Origin: Octopus sinensis
Taxonomy: Eukaryota
Length of the DNA stretch: 64,000 nt
Reading direction: 5' to 3'
Assembly (NCBI RefSeq): GCF_006345805.1
Contig: NC_043003.1
Coordinates: 67,766,001-67,830,000, forward strand
Part shown: positions 26,777 to 38,430 of the stretch, in pieces
Numbering within the stretch: position 1 is the stretch's first letter
How the letters are laid out: the number at the start of each line of letters is the position of its first letter
Translations under genes and position numbers: made by a program
Notes under the pieces: model-generated
The model's input: the letters and a program-made list of their open reading frames with translations, nothing else
Told to the model about the DNA's origin: nothing
Databases searched by the model: none

Positions 26777-27895
26777 CCTCATATCTGTAATATTTCAAAA
26801 ATTACGTCACCTTTTAAGCGGCCTCTGGGGGCCCATGTGCATTGGTCTTGACACCAGAAGTACCAAATAGCGTACCTTTCCTTTTCCTTTTTCTTTTCCT
26901 TTCCTCCTTTTCTTTCACTAACTCCTCCACATAAGCTTTTCGCTTTCTTTCTCTCTCCTTCTTTCATTCCTTCCTTTTACTTTCCTGCCTTCCAACTTGT
27001 CTCCTCTATTTTCTATACTTTCTCTCCAGCATCATACCCTAAGATTAGAAAACTTTATATAAATGTGCATACTCAATCAATTTTCTAGTAGCAACTTGCT
27101 TGAAGTTGCTGGTAGCTACAGGTGAAACTGAATGTGTGTGTGTGTGTGTCCACGTATGCATGTATGTATATACCTACACATGGAGGTATATGCATGTGCA
27201 TGAGTATGTGTATGTATGTATGTATATATACATATACTTGTGTGTGACTGTGTGTGGGTGTATGCATATACGCGCGTTTGTATCTTTCTATCTTTATTCT
27301 TTTTCTCCCCGTCATCTTACTGTCGCCCTCTCACAAATTCACTGAAACGTTTATTTTCGATCAAATTTCCCTCTCGTTTTCTCTATATCTCCTTGTCTCT
27401 CCTTTCTCCCTCTCTCTTCCTCATTTTCTATTTCCCTCTTGATATACAGTGATAGTATTTGCTAAGATAAATCAATAGTGGCTATATTTGTTCCAAATGC
27501 TATCATATCCGTCTAATAGAAATATTTATGCATGAATGCCTGCAATAAGACAGATACTTATCCAAACCGTCGCTCTTCTGTTTGAAAAGGGTGAAATGAC
27601 ATGCATTATAAAAATGTTGCATAATTGACGAAGTCTATTGGAAGATTAGCAGAATCGGTTATTACTAAGTGGGCTATTTGTATATTATCGCTGGAAGAAT
27701 TCACTTTTTCAATGAAGCCAACTATTATATGCTAAAGCTATAAATGCGTATTGTGAATTTGTATGTAATTATGAGCAAAATACGTTTGTTTAAACACAGG
27801 GATGGACGATGTTAGATTAAATATTTGCTGGTCGAATAGCTGATCGATTTTCAATTCGTATTCTAGAAGTGACGTTTTATTTTATATTTATAATA

Positions 27896-28140
27896 TTCCT
27901 TTACTTGTTTCAGTTATTAGACTGCGGCCATGCTAGGGCAACACTTCGTGGAATTTTAGCCGAACGGATCAACCCCAGTACATTTTTAAAGCCCGGTACT
28001 TATTCAATGGGATAATTTTTGCTGAACTACAAAGTTACAATGACATAAATTCAACAATAGAGGTTGTCAAGAGGTAGAAAAACGGGCACAAAGACTCTCA
28101 TTTATATACACACACATATACATACACACTCTCACACACC
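27896..28140 (-). mobile_element. partial long SINE (family A, 3' half)
   Basis: TTACTTGTTTCAGTTATTAGACTGCGGCCATGC matches the tail region of the copy at 4903. Confidence 0.7.
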
Positions 28141-28261
28141 CATATATATGTATGTATGTATCTATATAAACCTTGCACTATAACATCCTCAAGAGATTCA
28201 GACCCCACTTCTTTGCTTTCTCTATGTTCTCCTTCAGTTGCACCAGGGTCTCCGGTTTGTT

Positions 28262-28620
28262 TACATTAGCCCTCTTATTCAGATATCCCCACAAGAAAAA
28301 AATCCAGGCTAGTCAAATCTGGGGAACGTGAAGGCCAGTTGACATTACCGTCGCAGGAGATGAATCTATCTCCATAGCACTGCCATAGCAAATGCAGTAT
28401 TTCCCTTGCGGTGTGAGCAGTTGCACCCATCTTACTGGAACCATGAGTGAGGTCTACCATGAATGGCCTTCACTGTTTCCCAAACTTGACTAGCCGGGTT
28501 TTCCCATATAGGGATTCCTGAAGTTTTAGAAAGAGCACGGGCGTGCTAAGCTGAAAATGACTGCCATATAAGTGCTGTCATTTTTCATGTAGTAGTGTTG
28601 CAAAATTTGTCTCCTGCATA
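28262..28620 (-). mobile_element. Tc1/mariner transposase remnant with DD41D (rosa-like) spacing
   Basis: GATAHTARE...WPSRSPDLTSLDFF. I count 41 residues between the frameshifted D of (Q)DGATAH and the D of LDFF. Confidence 0.75.
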
Positions 28621-29217
28621 TTAATTTCCATTATGTCCTTTACATAGAAATCACAATTCAGCAACAACGTGTTAGAGGTTAGTAACTGTCAACTGGACAG
28701 CAAACATCGAGCAACGACCGTTGTTTTTTACACCACTTAGCTTCGTTACAAATATAGGTATGTTACTAAACATACCTTTCATTACGGTCGATAAATATAG
28801 TAGTAATTATCAGATGTGGCTTCTTCTATTACCTATCGAACACTCAGAATTGTGTGTTGCGTAAGGCTATTTCAGCGAGAAAAGTCGTGTAATTGTACAC
28901 CTGTTTGTGAAATACATAGTTGCTACATGTTTAATTCTGAAGCTGGTTGAAGAACTAGATACCGCTCTACGTAGCCGATTGGCGATATAGAGCTGAAATA
29001 ACTAATTGTTCGTTTCCAATATCCGATCAGATGTTTTTTCTCTTTTGGACTATTTTAAAGCAAAATATTCACCAATGTTTGACTAAAAGATGCTTTTAAA
29101 TGAAAACAAAAAGTAGAAAATAACAGCGAATCGAAAAGAATGACACAACATGTGGCACGTCTACTATACTTCATCTCATCTATACATACATAAATACATA
29201 GATACATGCAAGTAAGC

Positions 29218-29281
<64 letters not shown>
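29218..29281. repeat. (GATA)n microsatellite
   Basis: Visible directly in the sequence. Confidence 0.95.
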
Positions 29282-29305
29282 CTGAGATGCTATTCTGCCA
29301 TTATG

Positions 29306-29330
29306 CACGTGACTTGAAATCCTATAAAAG
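29306..29330 (+). promoter_or_regulatory. possible core promoter (E-box plus TATA)
   Basis: CACGTGAC at 29306-29313 and TATAAAAG at 29323-29330, followed by a GTGAGC donor-like site at 29364. Motif evidence only. Confidence 0.2.
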
Positions 29331-29748
29331 AATTTTATCGTATGTCGCTGCAAAGCTCTGGCGGTGAGCATGTCAGAAGTGTAATGCATTTACGGTGTTA
29401 ATCAGGTTTTATTTTTGTTTGTTTGGGGTTTTTTTTTTCGCAGAAAAGATGTCGTCGATTTCTATATTTGCATTTTTCTTCAGGGTAGTATTAAAGCAAG
29501 TATTACCATTTTAGAAAGTTACAAAACTTTTTCAACCTTAATGTGTGTGTGGTTATAGCCTAAGTGTAAAACCATAACGAAATTTTTCAGGTTATTAAGG
29601 AAAATGGAAGGGATAAAAAAGAGAAAAAGAATTTCAAAGTGGGAATATAGATTGAGATATAAATAGGTTCTTATCTTAGAAGAATTAAAGAAAACTAAAT
29701 ATATAGATTGCTAAATATATAGATAAATCGGGAGACTGACGAAGAAAC

Positions 29749-29785
29749 AGATAGATGGATAGATGGATAGATAGATGGATAGATG

Positions 29786-29874
<89 letters not shown>
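29749..29874. repeat. (GATA)n/(GATG)n microsatellite
   Basis: Visible directly in the sequence. Confidence 0.95.
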
Positions 29875-29875
<1 letters not shown>

Positions 29876-30129
29876 GGGCTTGGAAGTGAGTTTGATAAAG
29901 AGGTTCGTAATTTGACAGGCATTCTTTTTCAGTAGCTTTTAGAGAATCGAAATGACAAGTTTGTTATCGTAAATGGGGTCTCCTATATATTGCTTGTTCA
30001 GTAAAGTTATGAATCATTGTGAAATAAAATAAATGCAATTTAATATAGACTCAAATGCTGTCACATTTTGAAAGCGCTACATTAGATTTAAAATATATAA
30101 AATACTTTTTCGGTTTATACGGAAAATTT

Positions 30130-30292
30130 ATGTATGCATGTATGTATATATGTGCGTGTGTGTTTTTACAGATATATATATATAAGCACATATATATATA
30201 TGCATATATATATATATATATGCATATATATATATGCATATATATGCATATATATATATATATATATATGCATATATATATATGCATATATA

Positions 30293-30341
<49 letters not shown>

Positions 30342-30590
30342 TATATATATATATGCATATATATATATATATTATATATATATATATGCATATATATGTA
30401 TATATATACACATATTTATATATACACATATATACGTATATATATATATATATATATACACACAACACATACACAGGCACCGGCACGCATATATATAGAT
30501 ATATTTATATATATGTGTGTCAGTGCCTGTGTATGTGTGTGTGTTTATGTGTGTGGATGTGTGTGTCCGTGTGTGTGTGTGAGTGTGTTC
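30130..30590. repeat. (TA)n/(TATGCA)-type compound microsatellite
   Basis: Visible directly in the sequence. Confidence 0.95.
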
Positions 30591-30732
30591 CTTTCAATTT
30601 TTAATTATTGAAGGATTTTCCATTAGGAAGGTGCTGATTTCTGTCAAAGATACAAAGCTCTTTCCCTGAAATGTAGGTAACAGAAAAGAAGTTCACATTT
30701 CATAAAAGCCTTGCAGAATATTATTGTTGTAT

Positions 30733-31130
30733 GGCGGAGAGCCAGCAGAAACTTTAGCATGCCGGACGAAATGCTTATTGGTATTTCGTCTGTAGTTACG
30801 TTCTGAGTTCAAATTTCGCCGAGGTCGACTTTGCCTTTCATCATTTCGCGGTCGATTAAATAAGTACCAGTTGCGCACTGGGGTCGATATAATTGATTTA
30901 ATCCATTTGTCTGTCCTTTTCTGTCCTCTCTGTGTTTAGCCCCTTGTGGGTAGTAAAGGAATAGGTATTTCGTCTGTCTTTACATTCTGATTTCAAATTC
31001 AACCGTGGTCGAATTTGCCTTTCATAACTTCGGCGTCAAAAGTATGTTAAGTACCATTTGCGTAGTAAGGTCGATCTAATCGACTAGCCCCCTTCCCCAA
31101 ACTTTCGGGCTTCGTGCCTAGAGTAAAAAA
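30733..31130 (+). mobile_element. family B SINE followed by a partial second copy
   Basis: Full copy 30733-30964 (GGCGGAGAGCCAGCAGAAAC...GTGGGTAGTAAAGGAATAG). The sequence then restarts at the internal GTATTTCGTCTG block. Confidence 0.9.
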
Positions 31131-31482
31131 GAATATTACTGTTGCGTACGTAGATTCTGAGCTTTTCAGCTAATTGATTTCAAATTCTGAATATCAAAGC
31201 TCATTTCAATCGAGGCGTATTCTCTACCATGTATTTGTACGTTATGTAGGGATGTATATGTGTGTGCGTGTTGCTAGAGTGTATGTGAGAATGTGTGTGT
31301 TTCAGTCTGTGAGTGTGTATATGTATATGGTTTTTGTGTCATGGGTGCGTGTCATAACGCATCAGATCAAAACGTATCTATCACAGGTAAACATAGAATC
31401 CAAGATTTCATATTCGAGCAGCAAAATGTCCGACAGAAAAATCTTATGGCCGAAACCAGACAAAACGAACACATATTTACAA

Positions 31483-31590
31483 GTACTAGCTACGGCGGTA
31501 CATGTTCTAAAATTGGAACGATACAGAGAAGATTAGTATGGTCCCTGGGCAAGGATGGCACGCAAATTCGTGAAGCGTTCCGTATTCTTT
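31483..31590 (+). pseudogene. U6: full-length U6 snRNA copy, probably a pseudogene
   Basis: CTAAAATTGGAACGATACAGAGAAGATTAG...GCAAGGATGGCACGCAAATTCGTGAAGCGTTCC matches U6, and the 5' stem-loop GTAC/GTAC is kept. The AGC triad reads AGT, the ISL loop reads GGGCA, and there is no TATA at -30. Confidence 0.9.
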
Positions 31591-31592
31591 AA

Positions 31593-31708
31593 GTCAGTGA
31601 GGTGGCGGAAACGTTAGAACGCTGAAGAAGCTGCTTCGCGACGTCTCTGCTGATTACACGTTCAGAGTTCAAATTCGACTGCAGCCGATTTTATCTTTCA
31701 TCATTTAT
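31593..31708 (+). mobile_element. 5' half of a family B SINE
   Basis: GTGAGGTGGCGGAAACGTTAG...GTTCAGAGTTCAAATTC...CTTTCATC, truncated where the next SINE starts. Confidence 0.65.
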
Positions 31709-31869
31709 AGGCGAAGGAGTGGCTGTGCGCTAAGTAGATTGTTTACGAACCACATGGTCCGGGTTCAGGTCCACTGTGTGGCAACATGGGTAAGTGTCTT
31801 CCACTATAGTCCTAGGCCGATTAAACTCTTGTGAGTGGATTTGGTAGACGGAAACTAAAAAGAAGCCGT

Positions 31870-31946
<77 letters not shown>

Positions 31947-32402
31947 GTATAAGGATGAAAAGGAAGACACGAGTAGATATATATATGAAAAAACAAGTCA
32001 AGATAGAAAATGCTAACATAATTTTATAAAGAGCATTTCAGTACTGGTTTCAGTCATTTTGAGACCTTTTCAAATGTAACGATCAAATAATTAAATTTAG
32101 AAACATTAAAAGAAAAGTTTTTTTAAAGGAAATTTTGTATAGTGTTCAAATGTAAGTGGCATTTCCTTGTTTCTGCCTTTCTCTGTCTCCCTTGTTTACA
32201 CTTGTTAAAGGCAGAAACAAGGAAAATGCCACTTATATTTGAACAATATACAACTATTCTTTTAAAAAAAACTTTTCTTTTAACTTTTTTAAATTTAATT
32301 ATTTAATCGTTACAGTTGAAAAGTTCTCAAAATGACTGAAACACGTACTGAAATGTTCTTTATAAAATTATTTTAGCATTTTCTATCTTGACTTGTTTTT
32401 TC

Positions 32403-32453
<51 letters not shown>

Positions 32454-32632
32454 TAATTATAATATATCGCTTGACAAACGTTGCTGGCCTGTTTAGTGGT
32501 TACAATACAATAGGTATTAGGTTTACAAAGAATAAGCCCTGGGGGCGATTTGCTCGACTAAAAGGCGGTGCACCGGTATGGCCACAGTCACATTACTGAA
32601 ACAAGTAAAAGAGTAAAAGAATAAAAGAATAA
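31709..32632 (+). mobile_element. long SINE (family A) interrupted by a foldback element
   Basis: AGGCGAAGGAGTGGCTGTG head. The body resumes after 32410 with AAAGGCGGTGCACCGGTATGGCCACAGTC and a (GAGTAAAA/GAATAAAA) tail. Confidence 0.85.
31983..32406. mobile_element. 424-bp palindromic MITE/foldback element
   Basis: Arms 31983-32180 and 32207-32406 are reverse complements, roughly 90% identical by eye, with a 26-nt loop. The element sits in a (TA)n tract. Confidence 0.9.
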
Positions 32633-32654
32633 GTGGAAAGTATTTTATTTCTAG

Positions 32655-32731
32655 CATTATGGAGTACGTTGTGAAACACTCTGCAGAGCTGTTCATCCTT
32701 CACTCTTGCGCTATGGGTCTCCTTTCCAATG
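32655..32731 (+). other. candidate 77-bp exon, possibly containing a start codon
   Basis: TATTTTATTTCTAG|CATTATGG...CCAATG|GTGAGC. The ATG at 32659 has A at -3 and G at +4, and the frame MEYVVKHSAELFILHSCAMGLLSN is open. Confidence 0.3.
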
Positions 32732-32949
32732 GTGAGCATAAAGCCTTGATAAGAGCGTGATTAACACCAGATCACTGGAATCAGTCTTCATGTCTTCATC
32801 TCTGAAGATTGTTGTGGATCGCACTTTCGGGAACCAAATAGACGAGACATTCACCACAATGATTTACATATGCATGTGTGCGTGTGCGCGTGTATGCGTT
32901 TGAATGCGCATGTTCCTGTGTGCATACATTTATATATGCACACACAGAC

Positions 32950-33023
<74 letters not shown>

Positions 33024-33309
33024 TGGTTAGTTCTATTTGAGTGTTTTCAAATACAAGTGTCGGTTGAAAATTTCATGGGTTAAAGAAGAATTCATTTTGT
33101 TACTCAAAAAATCAGCAACAGCAGATATGACATCATTATAACCCTGATACAATTTTGCAACCATTTATGGGGAAAAGATGATTGTCAGATAGGCCCAAAT
33201 CATTAGAATAGGGAGGGTGATCACCGGGCATACGGTGTAGTGGTTAAGAGCTCGGGCTACTAACCCCAAGATTCCAAGTTCGATTCCAAGCAGTGACCTG
33301 AACAATAAC

Positions 33310-33340
<31 letters not shown>

Positions 33341-33351
33341 TCGAAAAATAC

Positions 33352-33586
33352 ATATTTCTTTACTACCCACATGGGGCTAAACACAGAGGGGACAAACAAG
33401 GGCAGACAAACCGATTAAGTCAATTATATCGAACCCAGTGCGTAACAGGTACTTAATTTATCGACCCCGAAATGATGAAAGGCAAAGTCGACCTCGGCGG
33501 AATTTGAACTCAGAACGTAACGGCAGACGAAATACCGCTAAGCATTTCGCTCGGCGCGCTAACGTTTCTTACCAGCTCGCTACCTT
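33352..33586 (-). mobile_element. family B SINE inserted into the element above, 12-bp TSD
   Basis: ATCGAAAAATAC at 33340-33351 and 33587-33598 flank a full family B copy. Confidence 0.9.
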
Positions 33587-33634
33587 ATCGAAAAATACCT
33601 TGGGAATTAGAACCCAGGTTCAAAATGTCCCCAA

Positions 33635-33663
33635 GACATCTGAAGAAGCCGAAACGTTGTGTT
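33635..33663 (+). ncRNA. minimal type I hammerhead remnant (stem II reduced)
   Basis: GACAT-CTGAAGA-AGCC-GAAAC-GTT-GTGTT. Stem I is GACAU/GUGUU and stem III is the palindromic ACGU. Only 4 nt remain where stem II should be. Confidence 0.5.
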
Positions 33664-33989
33664 AACAACAACCTAGATGAGGTCAAATATCCCTCGAATG
33701 TAAATAATATACATAATTCCTCATATCTTAAATATAGAACTGCAGGGTGATCAAGCGTTTCACATCTACAGTCACACATAACACCCGGTGAAGCAAAGAA
33801 TGTCTATGATGGAAGATTGTCTTCATGAAACATAAAACCTTCTATCGGTTTTTGAGGTGTTTGCTCCTGATAGTCTTTCGTAACTACCTCAACAATTCAC
33901 ATACAAATCCGCTTCATTGATCGTGTGGCCCTTTTAAAGATAGTTAATAAATATAACCCCTTTTGCATTGAAAATGCAGAGGCCATCAC

Positions 33990-34620
33990 ATTTCTTTAGG
34001 TGAAACTACTTTGCCCCTGTTGAAGCGGAGTCGGGGAGGTGTTTCCACAACATGGATTGTCTCTGTGACTCAGGGATGAAGCCAAAGCATCATCTTGAGT
34101 TAGGAAACGCTGAAGGAAACCAACTAGATCTATTTCACACAATGTCAGAATTTTCCCGTGATGTGGCCATCCTGGTTTGCTTTTGATCATAATACCTGTC
34201 AGATGAGGTGGAACTCACTGAGCACAAAACTTCGTCATGCCAAGTTCATTGTGTACAATATATTAACTCTAGGTTACTTGATTTATACTCAATCGCCTGT
34301 CATCCTCATCAGATGGTGAACACAATCAATGTTTTCCTCGGTGGTGGGAGTTGCGGGATGTTCAGACCTTGGGCTATCTTCAAGATTCCATCTCTCCATC
34401 CTAAATTCAGCTGTCATCTTTTGCACTGTTGTTAAAGCTGGAGCGTCAACCTCTGATGTAGCAACCACGTCAGCATGAATGTTGCTTTCTTACAATTACT
34501 TGATAAGACCCTTTTCTTGTAATTATTTGATAAAACCACGATACCAATTTTTTCCCATTTTCAAGACAATATAGTACTACTTACTGCTGGAGTCTTCTTT
34601 GAACAGTCCTATTTCAGTTT
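33990..34620 (-). mobile_element. decayed mariner transposase
   Basis: Minus frames give IVHNELGMTKFCAQ*VPPHLT (WVPRLL linker equivalent) and LTLCEIDLVGFLQRFLTQD (first catalytic D block). Confidence 0.75.
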
Positions 34621-35709
34621 ACCTGGTAAAGAAAACTAGGTACTTATTAATTGGAAAAATTGAAAATAACGCATATAAGATTTCACATCTCTACGATCAC
34701 TTCGTATTCAATCTATCAATGTTTCTGCCGAGTCTCGTATTGATAGTAATTTATTGACTTCATCCTAACCTACTTTAGCACTTAATGTACATACATACAT
34801 ACACACACACACGCACATACACACACGCACATACACACACACACACATATATATATATAAATATATGTATATATATATACATATACATGTATGTATATAT
34901 ATATATATATATATGTATACACATACATACTTTACATGCATATACATTTGTTTGTATATAGGAATATACATATCTTGTACACATATACATATATATAACT
35001 ACTTACATTAAGAACTCGCCAGTGACACTTTATCACATTATCTAATGGAACCGATATATTCAACGCTGAATAAAAACCTACATAGTTGTATTGTATGATT
35101 TCTTATACTCAAAAGTTACTTTCTTTATTCCACATCATACGCTGAACTTATCGACTTATAATTTTCTTTTGCTGACACTCTAAAACAGAGTAGAATAAGT
35201 CCCTAGTGAAGAAGCTGTAACAATAAGGTGCAACTAAACATCTGACAATGTAGCCTTGGCGCTGAAAAATATTTCCCTTTTTAAAGTCAAGAACGGACAT
35301 CGATGCTTTGTTGGATGAAGTGCAAGCTTTTAGATCTACTAAGAAAATAGTTCCATTATTGAAGTTGTGCGTAAGAAAATTGTCATTATGAATTTAGAAT
35401 GAAATAGCGAATCAGAGTAAAGCAGTGTGAAACTACAACGTCCACAACAGTAATGTATTGAAAGAGACATTTACGTGTCAACGAGTATAGTTTCCGCATT
35501 GAGTGAAGCAGTTTTACATTTACAACGATCCTCTACGTTCGAAGTAGTAATGGTGGACGGAAGACCAAAAGAAATAAATAAGAGACAAGGAATTTGATTT
35601 TGCTATTTTTTTCGCTATCTTTGTCAATGTCACATATCTAACATTTCACCCTCTTTGTCAGTCTCATACATTCTTGCACTCTCTCCCTCTCTTTTATGTT
35701 TCTGTCCCT

Positions 35710-35736
35710 TATATATATATATAGATATATATATAT

Positions 35737-35797
<61 letters not shown>

Positions 35798-35809
35798 TAT
35801 ATATATATG

Positions 35810-35880
<71 letters not shown>

Positions 35881-35909
35881 GTATATATATGTATATATAT
35901 ATATATATG

Positions 35910-35953
<44 letters not shown>

Positions 35954-35960
35954 GTATATA

Positions 35961-36005
<45 letters not shown>

Positions 36006-36060
36006 TATAATATATAATATATATATATATATGGGTGTGTGTGTGTGTATGTATGTATAT
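35710..36060. repeat. long (TA)n microsatellite
   Basis: Visible directly in the sequence. Confidence 0.95.
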
Positions 36061-36114
36061 AGGTGGTGTAGAAATCAAACAGATGTATTGGATTAACACT
36101 CGGGAATTGAAAAA

Positions 36115-36152
36115 GTGTTTTACGTTTCGAGCCTACGCTCTTCCGCAGAAAT
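36115..36152 (-). ncRNA. minimal hammerhead-like motif with a core substitution
   Basis: Minus strand TTT-CTGCGGA-A-GAGC-GTAG-GCTC-GAAAC-GTA-AAA. Stem II is perfect and stem III is ACGU, but the core is CUGCGGA instead of CUGANGA. Confidence 0.5.
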
Positions 36153-36729
36153 GAACACAGAAAGAAACAAACAAACAAACAAAGAAAATAAAGAATGTGT
36201 AGGGGCTAGCGATCTCTCATGGCGAATGCCGGCTAGAGGGGTCATATATATATATATATATATATACTTGAGTATTTATATTTCAGTTGATAAACACACA
36301 TAATATTTTTGACTAAGTGTAAACTGGGGAGTTGAAATAAAAACATTTCTACTATTGCAATAGAGAGAGGAGAAAGAAAGATAGAGAAGGAGAGAAAGAG
36401 AGGGGAGACACAGAACGAGGGGGGAATGTTACCAGGTAATATTTTTATATTACGATTTATCATTTTTTTTCCGAGCGTAGATGATTGGAATAAATTAAAT
36501 ATTTTGGGGAATTTCACATAGTACGAGAGTGGTTATTAAAGTAATTTCCTTTGCAGCGATGTTGTAAACACGAATGGAAATTTCCTAACTAGATTATCCA
36601 AGAAATTTTTGAAGCGATTTAATTTTATATATATGTTGCATAAAGTTTTATTTGTCTCCTTACAAAGGTAAAAAGAATTCATAATTATATTCTAAAGTAA
36701 GATCATTCCGGTACGTTTCAGTTTAATAC

Positions 36730-37278
36730 ATAGGCGTGGGTAAAAATAGGTACACACTTGCTTAATGTTAGTAAAATGTTCTCTTCATGCCTTTATTTCT
36801 TCTTTTTAACCTATTCAATTGTTAAATCGACTAAGGTACCTGCGGAGGATACTTAGTTCATTAGAAGCCTTTTTTCTGGGATCTCTGATGAATTCTTGAG
36901 CCACAAGCATTTTACATTTTTCAGGGGTAACACTCACCGGTCGACCATTCCTTTGTGCATTGCTGAAATTTATCACATATTCTTTAAATGTTAATTTTGA
37001 TGGAGATGGTCTTTGAAATTCTCCATTCAAGCTCCTCTAACCATGTTTGTGTTCTCTGGTTTCCAGCATTGCTTGGTGATCGACCACTTTTTTCAATGAT
37101 GATAACATTTCCTTCTATATAATAAATACCTGAAACTAGGAATGATTATTTTGCTATAGAAGAAATTAATTAACAGGAACATCGACTCATAGAATTCTTA
37201 CCCTAAAAAAGAAATAGAGAAATGAAAAGAACATTCCACTCATATTAAGCAACTGCATCCCTACTCAGTCCACCCCTG
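36730..37278 (-). mobile_element. Tc3-like Tc1/mariner 5' remnant
   Basis: ORF 36815-37030 has RNGRPVSVTPE..VAQEF..DPRKKASNELSI (GRP motif and HTH). The end CACCCCTG|TA at 37271-37280 reads TA|CAGGGGTG on the minus strand. Confidence 0.6.
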
Positions 37279-37292
37279 TACATAATTATATA

Positions 37293-38430
37293 CGAGGTTT
37301 CTACTGAGAGTTATCCAAAAGTGGCATGGGAATTTCTCGTTAACTGACATAGATTGTTGAAATTGTACATGATTGTAGAATGACTATAGCTCAATACGAA
37401 GAAGTTATTCAGGTGAGATTTCATCCCAACTCATGCATTTTCAGTATAGTTGGAATCATGCCCCGACGGTGTTCTAAGATGTAAACATTTCTTCACATTC
37501 ACTTCATCTTTGTCATCAAATCGTTCTTTCCATAACATTTATTTTATTTTACAATAACACGTCGGAGATCACCGCATTCAAGTGGTACCGTGGATAGAGA
37601 ACACAGAAGCTTTGTTGCTTAAGATGCGGCGGTTCAAGGATTGCCAGTGCGATTGTGAATGTTTTATTGACTCCTCGAAATGACTCTCTATATTTTTGAA
37701 AATTTCAATATACCACTCAGTGTCTAGATTGCAGCTACGTCCTATAAAAATGAAGAAAAATAGACATTTTTGTCGCCTCTAAAAATCAGTGACCATGAGT
37801 TTCTGTGAATATCGTTGGCTGTTGAACATATTAGACCTTAGAAAAAAGGTATGACGCACTTCCAAGGAAATAGTCTTCCTTCCAAGTTCATACATTTAAT
37901 AAATATGAAATATCAAACGCTTCCAATATTATCCCCTATATCACTTTCAGATCGTTATTGAATTACCGAGGCATTCGCTTGATACACATATTTTGATACA
38001 GAAATTGTTCCACAATCTCCTGTCATATATTGTAATTGCATTCCGGTTGTGAAGTAAACTAATCGATTATGACTCGTCTGTCCGGACGAATAAAATTACT
38101 AACTCATTGGTGACGTATGTCAGTGGTCGCAGATGACGGACTTTTACTGTGCAGTTTGTTTATGCATGTTTCCACTTCCTTAGAGTTCTTCGTTCTTTTG
38201 TGCAAATTGTTCTTGACTTTTATGAATAATGTCATTTCCGTAAAGCATATGTAATCTTCTGTCGATATCTCGCAGCATCTCTCATTCGTTAAAACTCAAT
38301 GACGGTGTGTGGATTATTTTAGAACTCATTATTCTTTTTCAGTTGAGAAGAACTGGAATATTCATGAGAGATCAACCTTTACTCCAAACATTTACTCAAT
38401 TTCAATGAAATCTGTCAGTGCTTAATTTCA
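37293..38430 (-). mobile_element. heavily decayed mariner-like remnant(s)
   Basis: TA|CGAGG terminus at 37291. Minus-strand peptides GKERFDDKDEV (near 37500) and EMLRDIDRRLHMLYG (near 38260) resemble mariner C- and N-termini. Continuity between them is uncertain. Confidence 0.35.

Larger units (their letters stand above)
33224..33743 (+). mobile_element. tRNA-headed SINE with (AAT)n linker and hammerhead remnant, 10-bp TSD
   Basis: AGGGTGATCA at 33214-33223 and 33744-33753. A-box-like GGTGTAGTGGTT, B-box GTTCGATTC at 33278-33286, (AAT)n at 33301-33339 and CTGAAGA..GAAACGTT at 33640-33658. Confidence 0.8.

Noticed and set aside
31483-31590. Functional U6 snRNA gene
   Set aside because: The AGC triad and ISL are mutated, the 3' U-tract is interrupted and no TATA is visible about 30 bp upstream, so it is called a pseudogene.
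33224-33300. tRNA gene
   Set aside because: It has A/B boxes but no complete acceptor-stem pairing, and it is part of a TSD-flanked SINE.
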